A stretch of DNA of 64,000 bases from a virus. Shown in pieces: positions 16,399 through 25,520 of the stretch. The position numbers and the translations under genes are program-made. The notes beneath the pieces were generated by a model. It ran no database searches, had not been told where the DNA came from, and was given only the letters and a program-made list of their open reading frames with translations. The DNA is taken from IMG/VR virus record IMGVR_UViG_3300037422_000051; one strand, written 5' to 3'. Position 1 is the first letter of the stretch. Every line of letters begins with the position of its first letter.

Positions 16399-17049
16399 CT
16401 AGGCCCAGACCTTCCCATCGCGCGGCGACAGGTACGGCCGCATCGACCCGCCCGGTCGGTAGCGCGCGCGCGTATCCGCCGCGCGCAAGCTCGTAAGCGC
16501 GCGGTCGTAGAGCCCCTGCCAGATGCCCGCGCGCTCATCGTCCATCACGAAAGGCTGCGCCTCGAGCAGCGCGCCGTAGAGGTAGAGATCCGGCGCCTTC
16601 GCGAGCAAGAAGTTCGAGGTGTTCGTAGTCGTCAGCGGCGGAATCTTGGCAAGGTACTCGAGCGAGGTTCCGTAGGTGCCCGGTGCGATGCTCCCAGGAT
16701 TTGGCGCGAACCAGGCCGAGCTTCCGAGAATCGTGTAGATCTTCGGAGGCCCCGTGATCGAGTGCGCGACCGACGAAAAGAATCGATCCGGCGGCAGGTA
16801 CTGCGCGGTCACGTCCGGCGATGCAAACGTGAACCGCCAGGCGATGATCTCGAGGAAGTCCGCGGGCAGCGCGACCTCTTCGGTGTCGATGTCGATCTCG
16901 GCGAGCTTGTGCATCTCGCGTATTCGCAGCTCGCGGTTGAAGCGCGCCTCGGCGAGCGTGATGAAGTCCACGACACGCCCCGTCACATCATCGTTTTCGA
17001 GGTACGCGGTGATCGTCGTCTGCAAGTCGCTGTAGTTCGAGAGAGGCAC
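16399..17049 (-). CDS. Head-tail adaptor protein
   Basis: 'NYSDLQTTI..YL...FITLAEARFNRELR...PDLYLYGALLEA.PF' adaptor signature. Confidence 0.8.
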   Translation of the reverse strand: MPLSNYSDLQTTITAYLENDDVTGRVVDFITLAEARFNRELRIREMHKLAEIDIDTEEVALPADFLEIIAWRFTFASPDVTAQYLPPDRFFSSVAHSITGPPKIYTILGSSAWFAPNPGSIAPGTYGTSLEYLAKIPPLTTTNTSNFLLAKAPDLYLYGALLEAQPFVMDDERAGIWQGLYDRALTSLRAADTRARYRPGGSMRPYLSPRDGKVWA

Positions 17050-17406
17050 CTACACCCTCCCCGGAGCCGTGCGGAATCCCGCGTAGGCAGGATCGTTGAG
17101 CTTGCGCATGAGCTTTGCTTTGTCCTCGTCGCTGTTGCGCCAAATGTTGATGTCCTCTTCCTTCTGCCAGCGCTCGAGCTCGGCCAGTGGAATCGACGCG
17201 ACGTGGACCATCGACCGGCCCGCCCAGAGTGACCCCGAGAAGTTGTCGCGGTTGCGAAGCGAGGCGTTGAGCGCGAGCAAATCCGTGCAATCCATCTCGG
17301 TCTGGAACTCCACGGACCCGCGCCCGTGCGGGTTCCAGCGCATCTTTCGCCGCACAAGCGAGTCGGGAAGCGACACGTCCTCCCACGGCGTGTACGAGTG
17401 CGACAC
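17050..17406 (-). CDS. Conserved phage protein between capsid and adaptor
   Basis: GTG start overlapping upstream TAG; 'HVASIP...W.KE...D..KL.RKLNDP.Y..FRT..G.V' pattern. Confidence 0.7.
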   Translation of the reverse strand: MSHSYTPWEDVSLPDSLVRRKMRWNPHGRGSVEFQTEMDCTDLLALNASLRNRDNFSGSLWAGRSMVHVASIPLAELERWQKEEDINIWRNSDEDKAKLMRKLNDPAYAGFRTAPGRV

Positions 17407-17732
17407 TAGATGTCCTTCAGGCCCTCGACCCAAGCTGCCGTGAGGTTCTGCGTGATGACGCTCAGCCGGATCTTGCGACCCAGCGCGGCGATGATGTGCG
17501 CCTCGGCCGTGGTGCTCGCAACCGTGCGCGTCCAGACAGCGCCCGCCTCGTCATGCACGTTCGCCCAAGTCGTCCCGCCATCCGGGCTCGCCTGAAGCGT
17601 GACGACCGCGCCGTTGCCGGCCAGGAACAGCAGCCCGTGCGTGAACTCTTCGAGGTCGATCGCAATTGACTGCGACGCGGCCGTGACCGCTCCGAAGGCG
17701 CGAACGCCGTGTCGCTTCTGAATGGGCATCAA
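17406..17732 (-). CDS. Putative head decoration/structural protein (108 aa)
   Basis: Directly after capsid; 'VTLQASPDGGTTW' beta-rich motif; AGGAG RBS. Confidence 0.65.
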   Translation of the reverse strand: MMPIQKRHGVRAFGAVTAASQSIAIDLEEFTHGLLFLAGNGAVVTLQASPDGGTTWANVHDEAGAVWTRTVASTTAEAHIIAALGRKIRLSVITQNLTAAWVEGLKDI

Positions 17733-17733
17733 G

Positions 17734-17820
17734 CCACTCCTACGAGAGAGCGAAGGCGCGTGGCAGGTCCGGCCGGGTCGGCCGTCGAAGGAGTGTGACC
17801 CGCCACGCGCCGCCCTCTCA
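17734..17820 (-). promoter_or_regulatory. Structured intergenic RNA (23-bp stem with anti-SD loop) after the major capsid gene
   Basis: GAGAGGGC-GGCGCGUGGCGGGUC pairs with GACCUGCCACGCGCC-(UUC)-GCUCUCUC; inner hairpin CGGCCG/CGGCCG; loop CACUCCU is complementary to downstream RBS AGGAGUG. Confidence 0.6.
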
Positions 17821-18810
17821 CTAGCTGTTGTTCAGGTCCGCGACGATTCCGTGCGCCTTCTCGTTGCACATCTCGAGCGTCCACTCGACCAGCAGCTCGC
17901 GCTTGAACGCGTCACCCGTGCGCGCCAGGTCGAACTGCTGCCAGTTGCGGAAATACGCAATCTTCAGGTACTCGGGATCGAGCACGTAGACCTCACGATC
18001 GATCGACGAGCCATCCTTTCGGATGTGGCGGCTCGGGAGCACCATCAGCTCGCCGAAGTTGCTGACGTACACATCCGCCGACGCGAAGATCGTGCGCGTT
18101 GCCCGATCGCTTCGCGTCACGCCGCTTGCGCCCTTGGTCCCGACGCCATCGAAGAGCGACAGGTTCGCCTTCTGCTTCGCTCCGAGCACGATGCGAGAGG
18201 GCTTGCCGCCGTTCTCCCACGCGAGCGCGATCACGGCGTCGAGCAGCGCCTGCGTGAAGCTGCGCTGCGTGCCGTCCGTTCGCGCCGCCACCTGGCCGGC
18301 CGAGAATCCACCATTGGCCGCAGCGCCCGTGCCCATCGACACGTTCGTGACGAGCCACGCGGTGATGCCCGCCGACTGACGCGGAGCCGCCGCGCTGTCC
18401 GTGACCGTGGGCTTGTTGGAGCAGATCGTCTTGTCGACGTCCGTCTTCAGCTCGCGCGCGCGCTTCGCCGACTGGTACGCGACTTCGCTGTCGCGACCCG
18501 CCTTGCTAGCTGCCTCGAGCGAGCCGGTCACGGCGACCGTCTTGGTGCTGATCTGCGTGTAGTTCCCGAGCCGCACCGTTGCGGTCGGGTCCGCGAACGA
18601 GGCGTCTGCGCCTTCGTCGACGGCATTCGTGTCCACGGGCGCCGTGAGCACGTCCGTCTGCCACTCGTGGTAGCGTTGGGTCGCGCGGCCCGTCTGCGCC
18701 ATCGACAGGACCGGAGTCTCGGTCGGACTGATGTTGAAGATTACGTCCGAGAGATCGTCGATGATCCCCACGGCGTTGTAGGTGTCGTAGTACCCTGCCG
18801 GAATTGCCAC
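17821..18810 (-). CDS. Major capsid protein (DUF5309/SU10-type)
   Basis: 'DDLSDVIFNISPTETP', 'HEWQTD.L', 'RLGNYTQISTK', 'ELKTDV', 'EWTLE..NEKAHG' motifs; follows scaffold. Confidence 0.92.
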   Translation of the reverse strand: MAIPAGYYDTYNAVGIIDDLSDVIFNISPTETPVLSMAQTGRATQRYHEWQTDVLTAPVDTNAVDEGADASFADPTATVRLGNYTQISTKTVAVTGSLEAASKAGRDSEVAYQSAKRARELKTDVDKTICSNKPTVTDSAAAPRQSAGITAWLVTNVSMGTGAAANGGFSAGQVAARTDGTQRSFTQALLDAVIALAWENGGKPSRIVLGAKQKANLSLFDGVGTKGASGVTRSDRATRTIFASADVYVSNFGELMVLPSRHIRKDGSSIDREVYVLDPEYLKIAYFRNWQQFDLARTGDAFKRELLVEWTLEMCNEKAHGIVADLNNS

Positions 18811-18820
18811 AGCTGCGTCC

Positions 18821-19864
18821 TCACGTCGGACCTCGCCGCCCCGGCATCCGGGCTCTCTTCGCGCGTTCTCGTACCTCGAACATGCGTTGAATCGCCTCGG
18901 TCGAATCCGGGTTCTTGTTCAGCTGGTCCATGGCGGCCTTCAGCTCCCGCTCCATCGTGTCCCCGGTGCCGCGCGTCGAGGCGCCGGGACGAATGGTGCG
19001 AGGCTTCTGAGCCAGTTTCCCGTGGACTTCAGGCTGGGTCTTCCGTGTCGCCTTGTCGTATTCCCGTGCTTTCCACACGAGAGTGACATGCCGATGGTCG
19101 ATCAGCTGTTCCCACTCTTCCGGCCGGAGATTGCCTCCGTCCGGGGCCAACGCGTAGCGCCCGAGACTCTCGTACTCGGTCGCGAAATCCTTCTTGAAAG
19201 CCGGCACCGCAGCCTGAAGCGACGCCACCTCCTGCGGAATGCGCGCCTGCCGCTCCTGCTCCGCGCGCGCAGCCGCCTCCTGCATCATCTGATTCCGCGT
19301 CGCCTGAACCGTCGCAAACAGATTCTGGCGCCGCTGAATTTCCATCATCTTCGCCGAGAACTCGGCCGGATCTTCTACGCGCAGCCGCTGCAGCTCGATC
19401 GCGGAAGGCATGAGCTGCGCCATCTCGAACTGCAGCTGCTCGGCGATTCCGTTGACCTGCTGCATCCGCTGCTCGATGGCTGTCTGGTGCGCCCGCTGCG
19501 TCGCCTCGAATGTGGCGCGCTGCTGCGCAAGCTCCATCGCCTTGCGCGTGTAGTCGGCCTCGCGCAGCCACCCGCGCTTGAGCTCGTGCGCAGTGATCTC
19601 GGTGCCATCCTCGAGCTTCAGCGTCGGCTCTTCGGGCTCGCCTTCCGATTCGGATTCCGGCTCGGCGTCGCCAGCGGGTTCCGCCTCGGGCTCAGCTGAC
19701 TCGCCCTCCGGCTCCCCTTCGGGTGCCGGCTCGGGCTCTGCGGCCTCGCCTTCGGGATCGATCCCCTGCCGGCGCTGGTTCATGTCGAAGATCGCCTTCG
19801 CGGCCTCGTCCATGCCATCGCTCATGCGGCGCGGTTCGAAGACCGGGATCTCGGGAGCGGCCAT
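18821..19864 (-). CDS. Capsid scaffolding protein
   Basis: Acidic Pro/Glu N-terminus, 'ELKRGWLREADYTRKAMELA' motif, coiled coil; between portal and capsid. Confidence 0.85.
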   Translation of the reverse strand: MAAPEIPVFEPRRMSDGMDEAAKAIFDMNQRRQGIDPEGEAAEPEPAPEGEPEGESAEPEAEPAGDAEPESESEGEPEEPTLKLEDGTEITAHELKRGWLREADYTRKAMELAQQRATFEATQRAHQTAIEQRMQQVNGIAEQLQFEMAQLMPSAIELQRLRVEDPAEFSAKMMEIQRRQNLFATVQATRNQMMQEAAARAEQERQARIPQEVASLQAAVPAFKKDFATEYESLGRYALAPDGGNLRPEEWEQLIDHRHVTLVWKAREYDKATRKTQPEVHGKLAQKPRTIRPGASTRGTGDTMERELKAAMDQLNKNPDSTEAIQRMFEVRERAKRARMPGRRGPT

Positions 19865-19867
19865 CGG

Positions 19868-20185
19868 TTACCTCCCACCCGCGGCGACGCGCTCGAGAAA
19901 CTCGCGCTCGGGCGTCGGCTTGTGGAACCGCCGCTTGCGGTCCGCCTCTTGCATCGCCTCGACGTTCGCCTTCCCGTGCGTGAGCACCGCGCGCAGATAC
20001 GCGGCGAAGACTTCGACCGCCTCGATCCGCTGCCGCGCGTCCCACGCCTCGTCGCGCGTCTTCGCCGCCGTGAGGCTACTCATCGCCCACGAGCGCACCG
20101 CTTCGAGCGCGTCGCGCAAGATGGGCGTCTCCAGCAGCCGGCGCGCTTCCTCAGCGCGCTGGATCGGTCGGTCGGTCGGTTCCAT
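19868..20185 (-). CDS. Conserved small protein between portal and scaffold
   Basis: ATG at 20185; 'AEEARRLLETPILRDALE' helical pattern; synteny. Confidence 0.7.
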   Translation of the reverse strand: MEPTDRPIQRAEEARRLLETPILRDALEAVRSWAMSSLTAAKTRDEAWDARQRIEAVEVFAAYLRAVLTHGKANVEAMQEADRKRRFHKPTPEREFLERVAAGGR

Positions 20186-22352
20186 TGCCCCCCGCCCTCT
20201 CCGCAGAAGGTCGCGCAACTGGCGGATCCGTCAAGCGCCACGGCATGTCCGTGGTCGCCGGATACCCCGCTTGGCGTAGCTTCTGGACCTCGATCTCGTG
20301 CGCGAGCTCGACCTTCTTGTTCTCAAAAAGCAGCTTGTCGCGCTCGAGCTCAATCCGCTGACGCTCCAGCTCGAGCTTCATCATCGAGGTCTGCTGCTCG
20401 ATCTCCAGAGCCGCCTGCACCGGGTCCGGCTTCGGCTCGGGCGGCGGCGCGGTCCTCGGATCGGTGAAATAGGGCTCCGCGTGGCGGAATCCGAGCGCCT
20501 CGGTGAGCGTCGCCGCGGCGTTGTAGACGTTCTCGATCGAGGTGACATTCGTCATGCCCGACTGCAGCATCTTCTCCTGAATCGCGAGGATCGTCTGCAA
20601 CGCGCTCGACTTCTCGAGCTTCGAGCCGTGCCCGAGCCCCACCGTCACCTCGCAGTCGAGCTCCCCGCGCCACGAGGTCGGATCCACCGGCACGTACTCG
20701 CCGCGAAGCCGCACGATCAGATCCTTCATGTCGTTTCGGATCACTTCCTTGTAGATCTTCTGGAACATCGCCTTGATGCCCGTCTCAGCGAAGATCCGCG
20801 CGTAGAGCGTGAGCCGCACCGCAGCCGCCGATGCCTGCACCATCGTCCCGTAGACGTGCTTGCTGATCGAATCCGGGTTGATGCCCATCGCCTCGGGGCT
20901 GATTCCCGTGCGCGTCTCCTTCATCTTCGCGTGGACATCGAATGCCGGGAGGATCTCGGCAGCGTTGGTCTTCTGCACGTAGGGAGTCAGCGCGCCGTCG
21001 GCGTACACCTCGATGTAATCGCCCGGCGTCGGGTTGAGCAGCTGCGAAAGATTCACGAGCGGCTCGGCCGTTTCGCCGACGCCCGCACACTTCACAATGT
21101 TGCGCGGGTCCGTCCCGAGATACAGGCTGTTGAGGTACTGCCGCCAGAGCGCCGTGTTGATCTCTTGGAGATCGCCCGTCACGTCCGCGAGCGACTGGCC
21201 CTGAAGCCGGTGCGGAATCGGAATCGGCGTGATCGAAAAGAACGGATGCTCGGAGACCGGCTCCGTGTGAAGCAGCACGTTCGGATCGTCGCCACCCGCA
21301 CAGACTTTCCACCACTCGCTGATGCCATCCCCGTCGCGATCCACGAGCAGATACGCCTCGGTCAGCGTCACCGTGCGCTCGCTGTCGTTTCGCTCGGCGT
21401 AGGCGAACAGCTCGCCCTCGTCCTGGCTCGAGCGCGCTTCGGTTTCGCCCGTGAAGTCGTAGGGAGACTGCCGCGAGGGGATCGAGCGCACCGCGTCCTC
21501 GTCGTATCCCTGCTCAAGCAAGGCGCTCACCGAGACCGGCGTCTGATGCGCGACGAAGCGGCAAGTCGGGTGGTCGAGGCTACGCGCGGCGCGATTGTGG
21601 AAAAACTCCTCGGGCGGGATGTTGTCGATCACGATCTTGCCGCGGCCTTCAACGCGGACCCCTTCGATGTCGTACTTCACGGCCATCGGATCGTACCCGG
21701 GCGGAAGCGAGCTCTCCTGTGTGAGCTCCTGGATCTCGCCGCTCTGCGGATCCTCCCAGAAGGCTCGGAAGTCGCGGATGCGGTAGTCCTTATCGGCCAT
21801 GAGACGCTGCAGCTCGAGCAGGTTCTTTCCGCGGTAGCTCTCGTGCGTCGCCCGCTGCGCGTAGTCGTGGATCACCTTCCCCGTGCCGAGCTTCGACAGG
21901 AATGCATCCTTGATGAGCGTGTAGAGGATCATGAAGCCGCCGTTTTGATAGAAGACCTTGTTGCAGACGGCAGTTGCTTGCTCGGCTTCATCCTGGTCCT
22001 CGGGCCCGACCGGCATGAACTTCACCACCTCGGGGCCTGAAGTGAAGATCTCCATCATCGAGGGCATCGCCCACTCGATCTGCTCGAACACGTCGCGGGT
22101 AACGACCTTGCTCCGGCCCTCGCGCTCGTCTCCACGCGGGTTGCCGAAATACTGCTCGAGCGCAGCCTCGCGCGCGCGCGTGAGCCGCGACCACTCGCGC
22201 CCCGACGAGTGCTCGATCTCGCGCTTCACGATCCCGAGCAGCTCGGAGTCGTCGATCGCGTAGCCGCTGCCCTCAGCCGATGACATCTCCGGGCGATCGT
22301 CTTGCGTCTCGATCTCGACGAAGCCCTCGATGCTCGGGTACGCGGTCGTCAT
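20151..22352 (-). CDS. Portal protein
   Basis: 'ALEQYFG...GRSKVVTRDVFEQIEW..PS.MEIF', 'NIPPEEF', 'PIPHR..G.S.AD' motifs; ATGA overlap with terL. Confidence 0.92.
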   Translation of the reverse strand: MTTAYPSIEGFVEIETQDDRPEMSSAEGSGYAIDDSELLGIVKREIEHSSGREWSRLTRAREAALEQYFGNPRGDEREGRSKVVTRDVFEQIEWAMPSMMEIFTSGPEVVKFMPVGPEDQDEAEQATAVCNKVFYQNGGFMILYTLIKDAFLSKLGTGKVIHDYAQRATHESYRGKNLLELQRLMADKDYRIRDFRAFWEDPQSGEIQELTQESSLPPGYDPMAVKYDIEGVRVEGRGKIVIDNIPPEEFFHNRAARSLDHPTCRFVAHQTPVSVSALLEQGYDEDAVRSIPSRQSPYDFTGETEARSSQDEGELFAYAERNDSERTVTLTEAYLLVDRDGDGISEWWKVCAGGDDPNVLLHTEPVSEHPFFSITPIPIPHRLQGQSLADVTGDLQEINTALWRQYLNSLYLGTDPRNIVKCAGVGETAEPLVNLSQLLNPTPGDYIEVYADGALTPYVQKTNAAEILPAFDVHAKMKETRTGISPEAMGINPDSISKHVYGTMVQASAAAVRLTLYARIFAETGIKAMFQKIYKEVIRNDMKDLIVRLRGEYVPVDPTSWRGELDCEVTVGLGHGSKLEKSSALQTILAIQEKMLQSGMTNVTSIENVYNAAATLTEALGFRHAEPYFTDPRTAPPPEPKPDPVQAALEIEQQTSMMKLELERQRIELERDKLLFENKKVELAHEIEVQKLRQAGYPATTDMPWRLTDPPVARPSAERAGGNGTDRPTDPAR

Positions 22353-23779
22353 ATCACCCACGCCTTCGGAACCGGCGGCCGCGCGACGGAAGCCACCGGC
22401 CGCAGGCCCAGCGAGAGGTACCGGAACGCGTCGCTCCCATGGGACGCGCCGCCGTCATGCTCGGGCGTGTCCGTCAGCTCACCCGTCGAGCGGTTGCGCT
22501 TGCGGCGGTAGTTCTCGAGCGCCCAGATCCCATCGCCGCACTTCTCCTCGTCGAAGTAGCAGCGGCTCAAGATCCGGCGCACTGCGTCGATTCCCTCGGC
22601 AACTTCCGATCCCTGCCGCGTGGCGTTTGCGCGCACGATGCGGAAGTTGATCCCAAGCTCCTGCGCGATCGCGATGCGGCTTCGCGCACCCGCACCCCAC
22701 TCGCGCTCGGCCATGTCGTGCGGCGCGATGTGCTCCGTCCGGTAGACGTAGGGTTTCTCCTTGAGCAGCTTGACGTAGTACGGAAGCCCCTTGCCCGAAG
22801 CCTCGAAGTAGTCGATCAGGTGGATGCGCTGGCCGACCTGCTGATAGAACCAAATCGCCGTCTCATCTGACACGCCGATATCCCACGCGGTGCCGACCGG
22901 GTAGGCCGGGTCGTAGGGGACGATCCCGATGCGATTCTCCGCGCGCGCAGCCTTCATCAGCTCACCGTAGTAGGCGCCCTCGATCACGAGCGGGAACTCG
23001 CCGCGCACGCGCGCCTGCCACGCGGCGCTATCCACACCCCACAAGGCGAAGCGCTCGGCGACCCACTCGGGCGAGATCAGCTCGGGATACGGCATCGGGC
23101 GGCCGTCGATCTTCGCGCGCCAGGAGCCGTCGATGATGTCGCTCTCGACGATCCCGAACTCCTGGAAGTTCGGGGTCCCCCACGCACTGATCGGAATCGT
23201 CTTGACGTTCGGGCTCTCGCAGTCGCGCTGGAAGCTGCCACCTGCGACCACGGGATTGCCGATCAGCAGCTTTCGCGCGTGTCCGCCGGAGAGCAGCGAG
23301 TCGATCTGATCCATAAGCTGCACGCTGATGCCGGAAGCCTCATCGACCACCACGAGCACATGCGGCGCATGGAAGCCCTGGAAGCGCGAAGCGTCCCAGT
23401 CCGGGGCCGTGAAGCCGAGGATCCAGTGCTTGTCCGCGAGCTTGATCTGAAGCGCGGTCGATTCGCCTCCCAGCGGGAGCCTCGCGCGGCGATGCGACTT
23501 GTGGAGCTCGCCCCAGAGCACGCCCTTCACCTGCCGCTCGGTAGGCGCCGTGGTGATGACTTGCGCCTCCTCGTGGCAGTAGCAGAACCAGAGCGCGATG
23601 CGAGCAGCTACCCAGGATTTTCCACTGCCGTGACAACTCGGCACCGCGGTCACGCGGTTGTCGCGCACCGCCTCGGCGATCTCGACTTGCTTGGCGGAAG
23701 GATTCTCCCCGAGCACCTCGCGCATGAACCACTCGGGATCCTTCTTGCAGCGCTCGAGGACCACAAGCTCGTCGCTCAC
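22349..23779 (-). CDS. terL: Terminase large subunit
   Basis: Walker A 'SCHGSGKS', Walker B 'VVVDEASG', 'LLIGNP', nuclease 'AWDIG' and 'SHGSDAFRY'. Confidence 0.95.
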   Translation of the reverse strand: MSDELVVLERCKKDPEWFMREVLGENPSAKQVEIAEAVRDNRVTAVPSCHGSGKSWVAARIALWFCYCHEEAQVITTAPTERQVKGVLWGELHKSHRRARLPLGGESTALQIKLADKHWILGFTAPDWDASRFQGFHAPHVLVVVDEASGISVQLMDQIDSLLSGGHARKLLIGNPVVAGGSFQRDCESPNVKTIPISAWGTPNFQEFGIVESDIIDGSWRAKIDGRPMPYPELISPEWVAERFALWGVDSAAWQARVRGEFPLVIEGAYYGELMKAARAENRIGIVPYDPAYPVGTAWDIGVSDETAIWFYQQVGQRIHLIDYFEASGKGLPYYVKLLKEKPYVYRTEHIAPHDMAEREWGAGARSRIAIAQELGINFRIVRANATRQGSEVAEGIDAVRRILSRCYFDEEKCGDGIWALENYRRKRNRSTGELTDTPEHDGGASHGSDAFRYLSLGLRPVASVARPPVPKAWVI

Positions 23780-23985
23780 GCGGATTCCTTGGCTCTGGCG
23801 AGCGACGCGCTCTTCAGGAGATGCCTTAGCGTCTCCACTCGGGCCTGCAGCTCGGCCACCTGTCGCCGGAGATCATTGCGCTCCTCGAGCAGATCCAGCG
23901 TCGAAGGTGCGCTGACGCCATAGGCGACCATGTGCCACGCGCGCCGCAGGCCCCATGCGATCCCGTGGCGGGCTGCGTCGCTCAC
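23776..23985 (-). CDS. Small coiled-coil hypothetical protein
   Basis: GTGA overlaps at both ends. Confidence 0.55.
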   Translation of the reverse strand: MSDAARHGIAWGLRRAWHMVAYGVSAPSTLDLLEERNDLRRQVAELQARVETLRHLLKSASLARAKESA

Positions 23986-24182
23986 GCGCGTGCCTCGCCC
24001 TGCCGCTTCGCCTGCGGTGCTCGCTGCGGCTGCGCCGGCTCCGCTTCCACGGGCGCGGGCGGCCGCCCCTCGTCTTTCAGCAGGAACCGCAGCAGCGTGA
24101 CCATCTTCCGCTCGTTCGCCCACGGCTCGCGCATGATGCGACGCGCCTCGCGGCCCACCTCGCCATCGGTGTAGTGCGGCAC
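23982..24182 (-). CDS. Hypothetical protein (66 aa)
   Basis: GGAG RBS, operon packing. Confidence 0.55.
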   Translation of the reverse strand: MPHYTDGEVGREARRIMREPWANERKMVTLLRFLLKDEGRPPAPVEAEPAQPQRAPQAKRQGEARA

Positions 24183-24187
24183 GGCCG

Positions 24188-24364
24188 CTACTCCTTCGCG
24201 CGCTTGGACTTCGCTGCCGGCTTCTCATCCTCGGCCGGCGCCGGGTCGGCCTTGTCGTGGTTCTTCAAGAAGTCGATCAGCTGCGCGCCGAGCGACTGGT
24301 CGTTTCCGCCCGCCGCGACGATCGCGCGTACCTTGTCTCCGACCTCCGCTGCTGTGAGCGCCAT
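24188..24364 (-). CDS. Hypothetical protein (58 aa, MALTAAEVGDKVRAIV...)
   Basis: Hand-translated; GGAGG RBS; below ORF-track length cutoff. Confidence 0.55.
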   Translation of the reverse strand: MALTAAEVGDKVRAIVAAGGNDQSLGAQLIDFLKNHDKADPAPAEDEKPAAKSKRAKE

Positions 24365-24366
24365 GG

Positions 24367-24534
24367 CTACCTCCGGCCCATGCGGCGCGGCATCTTCGCC
24401 GTGGGGATCGCGAGCGGCGCGTGCTCGCGCGGCCCACCGCCTGCCTTGCGCGGCATCTTGCCCTTCGGGATCGCGAGTGCTGCCACGGAGCCGTCAGCGG
24501 CCCCAGGCGGCCGTTTCATGGTCATACCCTTCAT
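24367..24534 (-). CDS. Small basic protein with internal repeat (55 aa)
   Basis: Hand-translated MKGMTMKRPP...LAIPKGKMPRK...LAIPTAKMPRRMGRR; AAGGAGG RBS. Confidence 0.6.
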   Translation of the reverse strand: MKGMTMKRPPGAADGSVAALAIPKGKMPRKAGGGPREHAPLAIPTAKMPRRMGRR

Positions 24535-24547
24535 CGGATGCCTCCTT

Positions 24548-25240
24548 TTAGAAAAGCCCGCCGCTGCGGGGCGCTGCGGCCGTCAGGCGCGAGAATAGCG
24601 GGCTGCCACTGTAGGCCACGGGGTTGAGCGGAGCGGGCTGAGCGGACGGCAGCGGAACCGCACCTCCCCCCGGAGTCGCGGAACCGCCGCCGTCCTGGCC
24701 CCCGCCCTGCCCACCGAAAAGCTGCTGGATCATCTTCGAGTAGTCGTCGTAGCCCATGCTGCCGAGCTTGCTCATGAGCGAATCGAACGCGGTGGGCGCG
24801 GCGGGCCCCTGAACCGGCATGCTCGCGCCGGGCATGCCCATCGGCGCGGCACCGGAGGCGGTGACTGGGCCTTGCACGGGGCCCCATCCGCCGGCTGCCG
24901 TCATCGGGCCTTGTAGCGGGCCGAGTGACGAGGGAGCCGCCGAGGCTGCGGTGGGTACTGCCCCAGCTGGAATTGCGCTGCTGAGTCCACCAGCCACGCC
25001 ACCAGCCGCCCCGGTCAATGCAGCGGGGACTGCCCCAGCAGCGGCGCCAGTCGCGGCCGCAGGAACCGCGCCGGCAGCGGCACCAGCAGCTGCCGGGACA
25101 AAAGATGTCGCCGTCGCAGGGGCAAGTCCGAGGGCGCTACCTACTGCCGTGGCAGCGGTGCTCAACGCTCCGCCTACGGCAGTCGCGCCAGTACCTATGG
25201 CCCCGGCGACAGCTCCGAGTGCGGCGCCGAGCCAGGGCAT
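24548..25240 (-). CDS. Ala/Gly/Pro-rich low-complexity protein, pilot/ejection-like N-terminus
   Basis: MPWLGAALGAVAGAIG...; GAGGT RBS before ATG 25240. Confidence 0.65.
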   Translation of the reverse strand: MPWLGAALGAVAGAIGTGATAVGGALSTAATAVGSALGLAPATATSFVPAAAGAAAGAVPAAATGAAAGAVPAALTGAAGGVAGGLSSAIPAGAVPTAASAAPSSLGPLQGPMTAAGGWGPVQGPVTASGAAPMGMPGASMPVQGPAAPTAFDSLMSKLGSMGYDDYSKMIQQLFGGQGGGQDGGGSATPGGGAVPLPSAQPAPLNPVAYSGSPLFSRLTAAAPRSGGLF

Positions 25241-25265
25241 CAGTCGACCTCTGCGGCGAGCCGCG

Positions 25266-25520
25266 TCATTGCAAATCACCTTGATCGCGTTTGACCACAG
25301 CCTCGATCACGTTGGCCGCATGGTCCAAGAGCGCGACTTGATCTCCCGCTATAAGCGAAGAGGTTACGCGAATGTCGGTTCCCGGTAGCCGCTGGATAAG
25401 AATCCACTCGCCGCCTTCTTCCGCCGAAAAAAGATCCATCACGCGCCGACTGCGACTCTCTACGATCTGCTCAAGCAACGCGGCGGGCGTGAATAGACTG
25501 GCAAATTCAGAGCGCGTCAC
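25266..25520 (-). CDS. Hypothetical protein
   Basis: GTGA overlap; protein-like composition. Confidence 0.5.
   Translation of the reverse strand: MTRSEFASLFTPAALLEQIVESRSRRVMDLFSAEEGGEWILIQRLPGTDIRVTSSLIAGDQVALLDHAANVIEAVVKRDQGDLQ

Larger units (their letters stand above)
1..22387. repeat. First copy of the region repeated at 41614-64000 (genome unit length 41,613 bp)
   Basis: Position 1 'ctggttcaagcagag' recurs at 41614; every ORF in 1-22387 recurs at +41,613 with identical translation. Confidence 0.97.

Noticed and set aside
17734-17820. tRNA or intrinsic terminator
   Set aside because: No cloverleaf, T-loop or CCA, and no U-tract on the coding strand; kept only as a structured regulatory candidate
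17733-17823. Capsid read-through or frameshift extension
   Set aside because: Double stop TAG-TGA, the in-frame continuation closes after 25 codons, and no slippery heptamer is visible
20298-22040. 580-aa + strand ORF (also 17722-19086, 15398-16402, 11201-12289, 13119-14153 and their copies)
   Set aside because: Antisense shadows of portal, capsid and tail genes caused by high-GC codon bias; Arg/Leu-rich with no motifs
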